From: Hydrolagus colliei
Lineage: Eukaryota
Reading direction: 5' to 3'
DNA length: 64,000 nucleotides
Assembly: GCA_035084275.1 (NCBI GenBank)
Contig: CM068750.1
Location: 6,386,001 to 6,450,000, forward strand
Under the pieces are notes generated by a model. That model had not been told where the DNA came from. It worked only from the letters and a program-made list of their open reading frames with translations, and made no database searches. Both the position numbers and the translations under genes were made by a program. Shown one piece after another: positions 23,401 to 35,400 of this stretch. Numbering within the stretch: the stretch's first letter is position 1; each line of letters starts with the position of its first letter.

Positions 23401-26400
23401 CTGAGCAGTCATATTTTCAGCCTTTAAAATCTCCCCCTGTTGCCTGTAAAAAGAGAAACCCTTGTAAGTTTGCATTCAGCTTGATAATAAAGTAAGTGCA
23501 GTAGTTTGAAAGGTATAAACCTGGTTGTGCTGAATGCAAGCTACTAATAATCAAATGAGTACAGTAAAAGCCAGTTTATCTGGCACCCTTGGGACCTGGC
23601 CAATGCCGGTTAAAGCGCATGTTGTATGTTCAGCCGAAAACACACAAAAAATATTAAATTATTATTATTTTTAATGCATTTTCTGGATTAATTCCGGTTA
23701 ATTGAATGCGGACCTTTTTTTTAGGTGCCGATTATAGGGTAGTTGCGGTTGATCGGGATAAATGGGCTTTTACTGTATTATGAATGTAACACCGTCTCAT
23801 AAGTATTTCTAGGAACTTACATTAATTCCTGTTGCGCTTTATTCATTTCTGTTACTTTCTGATGAAAATTTCCTTCCTCTTCCATTTTACGTTTCAAGGT
23901 GGCATATTTCTCAGTGAGCTCTTCAGCTTCACTACTGTGTAAGAAAGAACGTTGCAAGAACAGGTTTAAACATGGTTAAGTGGCTAAGCCAGTCTGCTGG
24001 ACGTAATTTGATGAATCGGAAACTAAAATGCTTCATGCAAACTGACTGCAACTCCTACAAGAATATCCAAATTAGGTTGCGTTTGTAACATTTTCATGCA
24101 CATGTGTGCAATCTGAAAGACACTCACAGGGAGATGCAAAGGGTATGGTTACGATATCTCTAAATGTTTACTACTGAAACCCTAGAGGATAAACAAACAA
24201 TTTAGTTCTGCAATAAAATGTAACGGTGGATGACATCTTGTGGGGTGGTGGTGGGGAAAGAGATGAACATGCAAGTGAAAAATGGGTGACAAAGAAATCA
24301 TACAAGACTGTCATACAGAGACAATCAGGCATGCAGTGGTGCATTTCACTCAAAGACGAGGAACGGACAACACCTTTCTGACATGCTTTATGAAACACAC
24401 AAAAGGTGGTGCATTTTATACATTCCATAATATTCGCCACTCTATCTTTTCTTGCGCAGTTTAACATAAGCACTTGCATTCATCAACTGCTTTCCCTCGT
24501 TTTCTTACAGGGATAAAGTACCCATTCCCTGTATTAACATCCTTCCAACTCAACCTGCCAAATAAACACCACTTAGCAAAATACAAGTTGGTGGCCTGAG
24601 GGGGGTGGGGGGTGCTCAGGTTGGGGTGGGGGTGGAAGTGGAGTGCTCATGTTATTCAAAGTCATGAGTAAACGTTGTTTATATAGGGCAAGGAACGAGT
24701 TTAGGAATGCCAGAAGGTTGACCCAATTTTTGCAACTTAATGGTTTTTACACACTCTTGTCTAAGCGACAATTATCCTTGGAGAAATAGCCGTGATCTTA
24801 CAGAGACTAGTCTTGCTTTATGTCAGTTTCAGTGAAAACTACACATCTGATTAATGGCCTGCTAACAACTTTTGCTTTTAATGAATCAACTTTGTGGGAA
24901 TGAAAGCGCAATTGACATTCATAATGACGTTGGCAGCAATTTTTTAAGAACAGAATGTCCAAGCATTTACTTGGAGACTTTTGCATTCAACAACAGCAAA
25001 AAAGAAACAATTTCAAGCATTCAGACACCACAGGCATGATGCATATCAGTGCCCCCCCAAATAAATGCACCACCTCAACCCATTATCGGTTCCAGGCTTA
25101 CCACATCTCACAGCAGAAGTCAGCTGTCCATGCATTTTGGAAGGAAAAAGCATTAGAAATTAAATTGTTAATTGTAAACTTTAGCCAACTAAAATTTCTT
25201 TTTTTTAACAGCAAAATAGCTTCTCACAAATGACAGGAAATTTACTGAAACCTCACAGGTCAAACATGACCATTACCTGTTGACTCTAGCCTGACGTTCC
25301 ATCTCAGTAGATTGTGCTTGTAACTCAGCCATGGCAGCCTTCAACTCAACATTCTCTCTCTCAGTTTGAGCATTTTTCTTCTGTAATGCTAGAGTGGACA
25401 ATACGTTCTCTTCCAACTCTTTAGTTCTCTCTTTCAGACTGACGTTCTCTGCAACTACTTCTGATCTTTCTCTCTCAGACTCTACATGTATGTTTTGTAA
25501 ATCTTTAAGAAATACAAGCTTCTCTTCTAACCTTTCCGTCCTTACTTGGAGTTCTTGATGCTGTTTGAGTATTTCAACCTTCTGGGATTGATGCAGCTCT
25601 ACAGTGGACTGAAGGATCGAGAGTTCCTGGGATTTTTCTTCCAGTTCCCTTACCCTCTCTTTCAGACTCAGATTCTCTGAATTTCTTTGTGCTTTTTCTT
25701 TCTCAAATTCTTGCTGTGCTTTCCCTATGTTTGTCAGAACAACGACTTTCTCTTCTAACCGTTTAGCTTTCTCCAGCAGCTCTACATTTTGTTTCACTAT
25801 TTCTGCCTTTTCGTCTGTAAGAATTTCAATGGTATTTTGTAGGCTGACAAGCGCCAATACTTTCCCTTCTAAATCTTTAGTCCTTTCCTGCAGCTCTAAC
25901 AATTCAGAGCTCATCTCCTCGTTTTCCCTTTTCACTTCCTCATGAACAATTTGCAGCTCTGCAAGAAGCAGAGATTCTTTTTTAAGTTCTTGTGCCTTCT
26001 CCTGTAGTTGGCTGATCTTGCCGTTTAACGCTTGATTTTCCCTCAACAACCCTTCATTGATTTTCTGTGCGGCGCAAAGGGTCACTGCGTTCTCGAATGC
26101 ATCTTTCGTCGCCTCCTGCAGTTTGGAAAGTTCAGATCTCATCTCAGCTCTTTCTCTCTCAAATTCTTCCTGTGACACGTGAGGTTGTGCAGAAGCCTCT
26201 GCTTCTTCCATCATTGCCTTATACGTTTCTTCCAAGCTATGTCTCCTCAAGTTCAGTGCCGCTTTCTCCTCTTCAGATTCTGCTCTTACCTTCTCAAGCA
26301 ATAACCTCAACTGCTCCCACTTCCCCTCAGCCTCAGTCAACTGTTTGTCCTTCACTTGTAATTGTGCTTCCATTTCCCTTTTTAGACAAATCAGTTCATT

Positions 26401-29400
26401 TGACAACTTGCTCTCTCTCCTGGAGGTAGAGGCTTGTAACTCCTTAATTTCTTTCTGAAGCTGCTGATTTTCGCACGCAAACTTATTTAATTCTTCTTTT
26501 CCTGATTTTTCCACAAGTTCCCTCTCCTGGGCTATCGTATGAGAAAGTAGGGCTATTTTGTTTTCCAGCGCATCCTTTAGTCTCTCCTTTTCTTCTTCGT
26601 ATTCCTGTTGAATCTCCTCCTTTTCAAATTCCCACTGACCTTTCTTTTCCCAGAGCTGATCGCGGAGTTCCATAATTTCTTGTTGGTATTTCTGCTCAAC
26701 TTCAGACCTTTCTGCTTTGAGTTTCAGCATGATGTTTTGATGTTCTTTAGAATAGTGGGCTTCCATCTCTGAAATCTTCTGTTTAAAATCATTCTCCATG
26801 TTTTTCCTACGTGATGAAATGTCACAAATATTACTCTTTTAAAAGAAAACAATTTTTCATTACGATACAAGAAGCAAACCGTTATCTGAAGGAAATATCC
26901 TATGGAGTGTGATGTTATGGAGCCAGGAATTTAATGCTGTCATTGAATGCTAGTCATGTTGGACACTCCTGTGCGCTTTAAATATTTCAATAACTTAATT
27001 CAATGTCATTCCAGGAAATCCACTGGGAATAAATGACAATAATAATCTTTACATTTGATATAGAGCCTTATCAAGCCGTTGAGACATCTTAAAGTGCTTC
27101 ACAGGATATATAAAATGGATTGAATGTATATTTTGTGAGCACATTTCTCTTACAAACTAGCTAGACAGACAGCAAAGATCATTCTGAATCTCCGCACATT
27201 GCTTCAGTTCTCTTTTTCCAATTAAACAGTGGAATTGAAGCCGTTTGACCCTCAATCAGAAAATTCAACAGTTGAGCAAGAAAATGTTTACTCAAGTTTA
27301 CAGTTGCCATTTCTACATTACAATTAGTTAATTTTTTTTGATTCGTAAGATAACTAATAACCTAAAGCTAATGCATTTGTTTCAAATCAGTCCCACAGAG
27401 GAAGAAATACACTCACGTGTTCCTCCCTATGATTCACGATTAACTTTCTAAATCTATTAGGCCTTTGATGACGGTTACAAGGGCCTCACCTTTGCTCAAG
27501 AAGCTCCTTTTGCTTTCCTTCCAGGAGATCTCTTTGCACCTCCTCTTTCTCCTGCGTCAGGTTTTGCTCGATCTCAGAAATCTGTGTCTCGTAGACCTGT
27601 TGCAGTTCAGCTCTCTCTTGTAGGAATGTCTCTGTCAGTTCTTTTTTTTGTGTCTCCATTTGCATTTCAGCACTTTTCTGCTTTTCTAGCAGTATTTCTT
27701 TCTCTATGTGAAAAGACCTTCTCTCTTCGTCTAATTTCATCCTGAGAGTTTCTTCGTGTTTTTGCTTGAATTGTTCCTGCAGTTGACGTTTTTCTTCATG
27801 AAACCAATCCCGCGCTGCCCGTTTCTCTTCTTCGCACTTGTATTTAGTCGTTTCCTGCAGCAATTTAACGTACTTGGTCTCTTCTTGGAGTTCGGAAATA
27901 TGGCTTTTGAGATCATCTATTTGTTTTTCCATTTGGACAATATCTTCCTTGCACTTCTGTTTGATGGTTTTTCCCTCCGTTTCATATTTGAGTTTCGTCT
28001 CTTCTATTTGTGCCTCGTAAAAATGTACCTGGAGAAAATGTGGAAAAACATTGAGATCATACACTACTCCAGAGAGCTTTTATAAAAAAAACACACACTA
28101 TATGAGCACAAAATACGTTTGCACCAATTTTCAACCCAAGAAAAAAATGTCACCAGGTGTGAAAGACCAGTGATGATAGCAAATTAGTATATTTTATAAA
28201 AGATAGGTATTGCATAAGCAAATGTGATGATCAAAAGTATGGATCACTCAAATGCTTAAGTAGGCTATTTGCATGTGTAAATCATGAGTAGATAAGAGCG
28301 CATTTTGTCAAAGATCCTCTGAGTCTCATTGTGACAAGATAATTTGATCACCAAGATATTAATTAGCCGTCAAAATAGAATTACGAAGAATACAATTGTT
28401 TGAACAATGCACAGTATTTCCCAGAGAAACCAATCATTTTAGCCTTGAAGCAGCCAAATCTTTTCTATTAATAAATTACATCGCTTTGAGTCTGTCCGAT
28501 TTACTTGCCTTGGTTTCAAGGTCGACTTTCAAACTATCAAATGCCTGGTGATGTTGCTCTTTGATTTGCTCGATGACCATTTCTGCCTCAAGACTCAGAT
28601 TCAATGCATTACATTCTTCAGTTTCAAGTCCTGGAATAGAACGATAAAGAATTTGCTCAACAAGTTAGACGAATGCTTATTCGTGAAAATGTTTCTAAAT
28701 TTTATTTTTGCCCTGAGAGGGAATTTAAAAAAAAATTGTTTTAACATAAAGCACAGTTTAAAAAAGTTCAAAAACTGACTTTGCTGCAACAATTAATTCT
28801 ACATTAATACCATGCATCAAAGGAGAGCAAAGTGGACAAAACATCATAGTTCACATCGATTGGACAAACCGCATATTTTCATATTGACTAAAAGTATGAT
28901 TCCTAAAAGCTTCCCCCATTACAACAATCTATCCTTGAATATTGAGTGACAACTTGATAACACTACAACACAGACATACTTTTCACACTCCCAAACGGTA
29001 TGTCGAGTGTGGTTGAACATTGCAATTCGTCAAATGATCGTCAAATGCTTTGAGAGCTTGCTGCTGTACCTTGATCACAGTCCACCATGCCAGTCTGGTT
29101 ATCCATTTCGTCTGACAATGAACTTCCCCAGAGTTGTTTGAAACTTTTATCGTGGGTCTGATATGCTTGTAACTCAGACTGGAGCTCATCAATCCGATCC
29201 TGAAGCTCCTAATTTAGGCAAGGAGATTCAAAGCAGTGAGCGCACACCCGTCCAGACAGAACAATCAACTTTACCTGATAATGGTACAACAAGGAGTGGC
29301 CAAGTTGTGTTCTTGTCAGTTTCTAATACTGAACTCTTACAAACAAGTTAATTGCATTCCCACCCTTTTCATCTGGGAGCTACATCTGCCTGCAAACCCA

Positions 29401-32400
29401 TCAACATTTGATTTAAGTGCAGTCACTTTTCAACCAATTTCTACAATGAACGAGGAATGACCTCATCTTCATTCAACACTGGATAAGTTGCTTTTGCAAA
29501 CGCTAGACAGACACGGTGAAACAACTTTCTCATGCCCAAAAGATACAGAACAATTATGAACCAGGGTTTTTTTTAAAAAAAGGAAGGAATTCTTGGACAG
29601 GAAAAGATTAATTTTTACTCAATCTTCCCAGCTTTAGCCGGCCATAACTTGAATTAATTTCTCTCACACTAAATCGTGCAGAGGAGTTTCCTGAGCATTC
29701 CAGGCAGTTGCTCAGTGTAACGTAGACTATAAAAATTCCACTTCCACATAAAGAAATTGTCGTCAAACATGAAGTGGAATGAGTTGTCACTTTCTTGGCT
29801 GGATTTGAGTCCGATTCGTTAAACACTTGTCCAAAAGTTGCTGGATGTTTAACCACATTCTTTAGGGCAGCTGAAACTCTGCAACTTTAACAACAGAGGT
29901 TGGCTGAGAATGATGTACCTAAACATGACCAACTCCGTTCCTGCGTAATTCACAACACACGGTAGATTTATTTTCCCATTATTTACATTACATATTGGGT
30001 TCACTTACCCTGCACTGCTGTTCATATTCCTTTCTCATCCGTGAAAATCTTTCCTCGTGCAAGAAAAATTCAGCGCTGGTTGGATCAAGGTCTCCAAACT
30101 GTAAGAATGGATGGAAACAGATCTAACATATTTTGAAACCATCAAGTTGTTTGTTTGTAAAGTGGCTCAACTTTACAAACAGTTTTGCTAAAAGTAACAA
30201 TACTGCTCAGACCACAAGCACCAACACAGCAGACCAATACATAGTTGCATTGATAAAAAAAAAGCTACCTTCTCCTTCAGAATATTGTCCAGGTTCTTTT
30301 GCAGTTTCTTAGCTTGGTTCTCAAACCCCACCAGTTTCTCTCCATTTTCGAACAGTTCTCTTTCCAGACGGCTGTTTTCCTTTTAAATGACATTAAAAGT
30401 TTAGGCAATCTCACGCTATCCAGAATTGATTTTGTGCAGTATTGAAAGTAAAATAATAATACTAAAACCCAGAAAGTTTTATGTCTACTCATTACTATAT
30501 TTTTCATTCTATGTCAAATTGATGCAGCAAAACTTCACCAGGATATCACTGATACAGTGCTTTTACATTGCGTAAAAGTACAACTACAAAAGACATGTAA
30601 ACACAATAATGTGGCCTGGAATTGGAGTCAGCATTTCTCTGTAATTCATCTCAAATTCAATTCAAACAGCAATGTTCAGTTATTGGCTTTACTTGAAAGG
30701 AGCAAGTTCTTGTCTGACCCACAGCCAAAGCTTTGTGCTAGTGCCAAACAGCCTCTCCTTTCTTTGTCAAATAATAGATAGAAATGAAAATTAAAAGAGC
30801 TCTCACCTTCAAAGACAGTGTAAGTCGATCCCTGAGGTACGATTCCTCTTCTTTCACTTTCTCGATCTCCTTCTCCAGCTCGCTATTTTGCCTGCTGGCT
30901 TGCTGCAGAATCAGGTCTTTTTCTTTGGTTAGATCTGCCTTCAAGGCAGCAAGACGTTCCCTGTGCTCCTGTTCCAGCTTCCTGAAAAGCAAACATCAGC
31001 CAAGTCATGAACAATGTATTCCGCTGAAGGAACGGCGCTTTTTTCCCCAATTATATTTTAGAATTGTGAGAACCTTTGCTGGGGAGATGTGGAAGAATCT
31101 ATAAAAGAGTACACTGTATATAGTCCATGTGCACAACCTTGCTCATCTCATCCTTTTCTTGATGTTCTCTGATGCTCCAATAATGATCGTCATTTGACCC
31201 AAGAGAAATGTACACACTTCAATGAAACAGTTCACGGCATTTTGCTTTTCATTGACCCAGCTTTAAGCACCCATTGTGGAATCAGCACTGCCCGCCCACT
31301 GCCACTCAACTCATAGCTGTGCCATATATTCATTTGACGTTGTAAACGTTCGCTATTACATAATTTGGGCAGGTGGAAACAAACTACTTTGGGTAGCGTA
31401 GGTGTACATAGACGCTGAACATCCGTTATTCTTGTGCTTGTTTGCTTAACGTTGTTTCACTTAAAGTCACACTTTTCGCGAGGACTAAGTATATTGTGCT
31501 CAGTGAGTTGTCCCTTATCTTTACTCTCCCCACATGCAATGAATTAAGTTCTTTCTCTTCCTTAATCACATGGCTAAGTTCAGGAACCAATGAAGAGAAT
31601 TTCAGCACAAATTTGTGTTCCATAGTGAGACCACAGAAGGGCATTCAAAACCAATTCCCCATGAAGCCAAACTTCCAGCTAATGTATCCATTTGCACAAT
31701 AAACAGGCTTGACACAAGGTCACAAATCTACAGCAAAGTCCTGGAGATCAAGGTAAGACTGGAATACAAAGCAAGGCGTCATATAGATTGTCAAATACCG
31801 GAGATTGCAGTCATTGAGTCGTTCAATAGCTGCATGATGATCATCTACTTCAGAGGCCATCAGGTTTTTCAACCTATCTGCTTTATCCAAGTCTGCATTG
31901 AGTTTTTCCTTTTCTCTTAAAACCTGGTCTACCCGTTCCCTGAAAGAAAACATGATTGCTTTTCATAGTGTTCAGTGTATCACCGTATATTCAACTGGAA
32001 TCGTAACACATGAGTGCAAATATTGAATATGATTTTAAAACAACGTTATTAAGAGAATTGAACTGTGCCTGCAGGCGGGTTCATTTCTTTACAACAATTA
32101 TTGAAGGGAAAGTATGAGTTATATCTTTAGAAATCGTATAATTCTACAGGTATATCCAAGTCGCATTCAGTTTCTTACAAAAAAAACCTTTAGCTTTTTT
32201 GCACTAGTTGTATTATATAAATCAGATAAATGTCCAAATCATAATACAGTAATTGTACACTGTACTCCCTTGAAACATGAGGGCATGGAAAACAAGGTTC
32301 CTGTTTATTGTGTGTCACTCGTATAAAATCCGACTTATCCAAGTTTGCCTGTAATGCATATTTCACCCAAGTCTTGTTGTGGTCTTGACTGATACTACTT

Positions 32401-35400
32401 ATATGAGCTTTACTGTATTACACAGATTTCTATACTATTATTGTCTTTCAGTCACCTCTTCTTACAGTGTTGAACCTTGTTAATAATATTCCAAAATAGT
32501 ATGGGGTCAACAATTTTTAAAAAATGTAAATTTCATTACCAAACTGAAGTTGACAGCCAATATGTCCTATCAATATGACTTTCCAAGCACCACTGAAACA
32601 AACCAATCTCTTATTGGCACATACAACCCTTTAAAAACTCCACTGAATGAAAAAAAATCAAAAGTAGATCTTCATGGCCCAGTGTTAGGATCCTGGATGG
32701 GAACACAATGAAACTGTGCGGATAAAATCCGGGTCAGTGAGTGCAGCCTCCACACAACTCCTGAAGGCATTTGATGTCTTACCCAAGTCACGACAACATT
32801 ACATTTGTGTAGCTCCTTTCACGTTGGGAGGACGTCCCAAAGCGCTGGGCATAAGTCAATAATAATAAGTTCACAAGCAACTTATGAACCAGAATCTGTG
32901 CACGCTCGGTCTCCTTTTTCAAACTAAAAAAACGAAGAAACAATTGACTTACATTAAATGTCTAATCTCATGTTTGAAGCTGGCAAGTACCGCTTGATGG
33001 ATTCCATTCTTGGTTATCAGCAACTCGTTCTCCAAAGCCAGGGTGAGTTCAGTCAGGTTAACCTTGCCATCGAGGCCAAAATCCAAGGTCTGGAAACAGT
33101 AACCAGGCGAGTTAGGCATCTTACAAGCAAAACGCTGAACACAACATGACCACAGGACCCACACCTGGGCACTTTGGCAGTGTAAATCAAGATAAAATGG
33201 AGGCTGATTAATTTAAACTCATAAAAAACAACGATTGTATGGTTTTTTTTACCTTTAAAATTTCAAAGCCGTTCTCAATCCCCACCTCCTGCCAGGCATC
33301 GAGGATCTGATCGGCCGAGGTGTAACCTGTCCCGTCATCCAGACAGGAGAAGAGACGAAGGCCAATTGTACCAGTCATGGCAGATGGCGTAGCCGTGCGG
33401 CGTCCACTTTCATCAAAGGGCTAATATAGAAGAGGAGAAATAAGTATATAATCAAGGTGACCTCTTGGTTCATCTAAAGCTAAATAAAGCGGTGAAGTGT
33501 GTAACTTAACAACAGGACATCTGGAGAACTTGGGGGTGGTGGTGGGGGAAGATGCTGAGACACAGGATGCCAGCCACAGGAAAACTTCCCATGTTTAAAA
33601 GAGACTCAGACCAACTTACATGCAGCCTGCAAAACAGTTACCTCAACGAATTTGACAAAGAGCCCAATCGTTATTAGATTTATCCATTCCAATGTGTTAT
33701 TAATCCTTGAATGTTTTGGTATTTCACTCTATAATAACAACATTTATTTAGAGCCCCTCGTGCAGGATGGATGAGGCTTATCCAAATCATGTCAGTAGCA
33801 GAATAATTAAACCAGCAGCTCAGTGGCCAGTGTGTTGATGCAACAACTTGCTGCCTCTTAAAGTGTGATGTTTATTTTCCGTTCAGGATTCCCACAGGAT
33901 TGACTCCCAACAACTCGGCTGCGCCATCCAGTGGAGGCACAGACTATGTGACGAGCTACCAGTCTTATTATGTATTAGTACTGTACATATCAGTCAGACC
34001 TACCCAGCCCTTAGTCAACTGAGATCTATGAATGGAGTTGTCGTGGTCAGCCTGGTTAATGCCTTTCTCTTTGGCTTAGAAGAGGGGAGAAAGTTGGAGG
34101 AGGACATTAAGGCAACATCCGAAAACATAAACTTAGAAGGCGGGCAGAAGTCAACAATAATCATTGACCTCCCCCCACCCCCCCCACCCCCCCGATTGTT
34201 CAGGGAGGTAGTGTCTGGTTTGGTGCTGAGATATGCAAGCCAGCAGGATTCTAGTCACTGCCGATTTACCTGATATTAGTCAGATCAATAGTAGAGGAAA
34301 TCATTTTAGAAATAAAATATTGTACAGTAAATAAGTTTTTATTTAAAACTCTTTTTTTCTTGTATCCTAGACTTGCTGACTTTCTGACTATAACAGCAAC
34401 AAAATTCACTTTGTATAGGATAATTGAATGCAGGATCACTGGGTGATTAAGATAAATGACCTGAAAGGCGGCACGTCACTTTAATTACCTGTAAGGAGTG
34501 ATGTCTCTTTAGTTGCCTGTAAGGAGTGGAAGCAGAGGGAGGAGCTGATTGTCCATTTTTAAAGAGACCGTAGAAGAAGTCCTCCACGGTCATCAAGCCA
34601 TCTTGTTCTTGTTTCCGAACCAGCTCTTCAAGAACCTACAACATAGAAGTGAGCATTTTGCAATTAGAAACTTGGGTTTAGCCTAAAGGAACATGTCCTG
34701 TAGCTCAGTGGTTAGAGCACTCGCCTTACAAGCGTGAGACCTGTGTTCAAATCCAGGCAGATTAGGGCGAAACCTTGGGCAAGTTTCCTAACTCCACACA
34801 CCTAATAATAATGCGTACAAAAAAAAAACTAGAATAAATTGGTCATTTCAATCCACGATTGTTTGTGGGACACTGCTATGTACAATTGGATACCACATTT
34901 CAACTACAAATATACAGTCAATTCACTTTGGAGTACATTCTGTGAAGCGCTTTGAGATGTCTAGAAGATGTGAAAAGCACTGTATCAAATGCAAGGATTC
35001 TTATTATTATTACCTGTTGTTTGTGTGTCTCAGTTTTATACCCAACGAATCAGAAATGTTCCCATAATGACTCACCTTAAGTAGCTATGAGAGCCAGGCA
35101 ATATTATCATTAGCATTGCCACAGTTACCTTTAATGAAACAACTTGTCCGGTGCAAACCAACATTTGTGCCGGCATTGAGCGGACGGACATACAGTGCAT
35201 AAAAACATGAGCTCGGCCTCCACAGCTAACCACCAGAGGGAGTTAATCAGTTGCAATGAAGAGAACAAACACATTGAACTGCGAGCAACTGTTTTTTAGT
35301 TGCATTTTGCATTTTGCTCCTCCTCTGAAGGCTCAAAAGAGTTGAGGTTCAATTCCACAGATGACAGCAGCTTTCCAGGACCTTGTTCTTCACTCTGATG

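Noticed and set aside
24971-25010. Possible 7-nt microexon after a pyrimidine/UGC tract downstream of the large exon
   Set aside because: Weak AAG acceptor and donor, frameshifting length, no other support.
27411-27430. GTGAGT donor about 70 nt downstream of exon 15
   Set aside because: Extension hits an immediate in-frame TGA, and a microexon would need an implausibly short intron.
25727-28085. Plus-strand ORFs antisense to the large NIN exons
   Set aside because: Shadow ORFs caused by the codon bias of E/K/Q-rich coiled-coil sequence.
34488-34528. 13-mer cctgtaaggagtg repeated within NIN exon 6
   Set aside because: The copies are in different reading frames within conserved coding sequence; probably coincidence.
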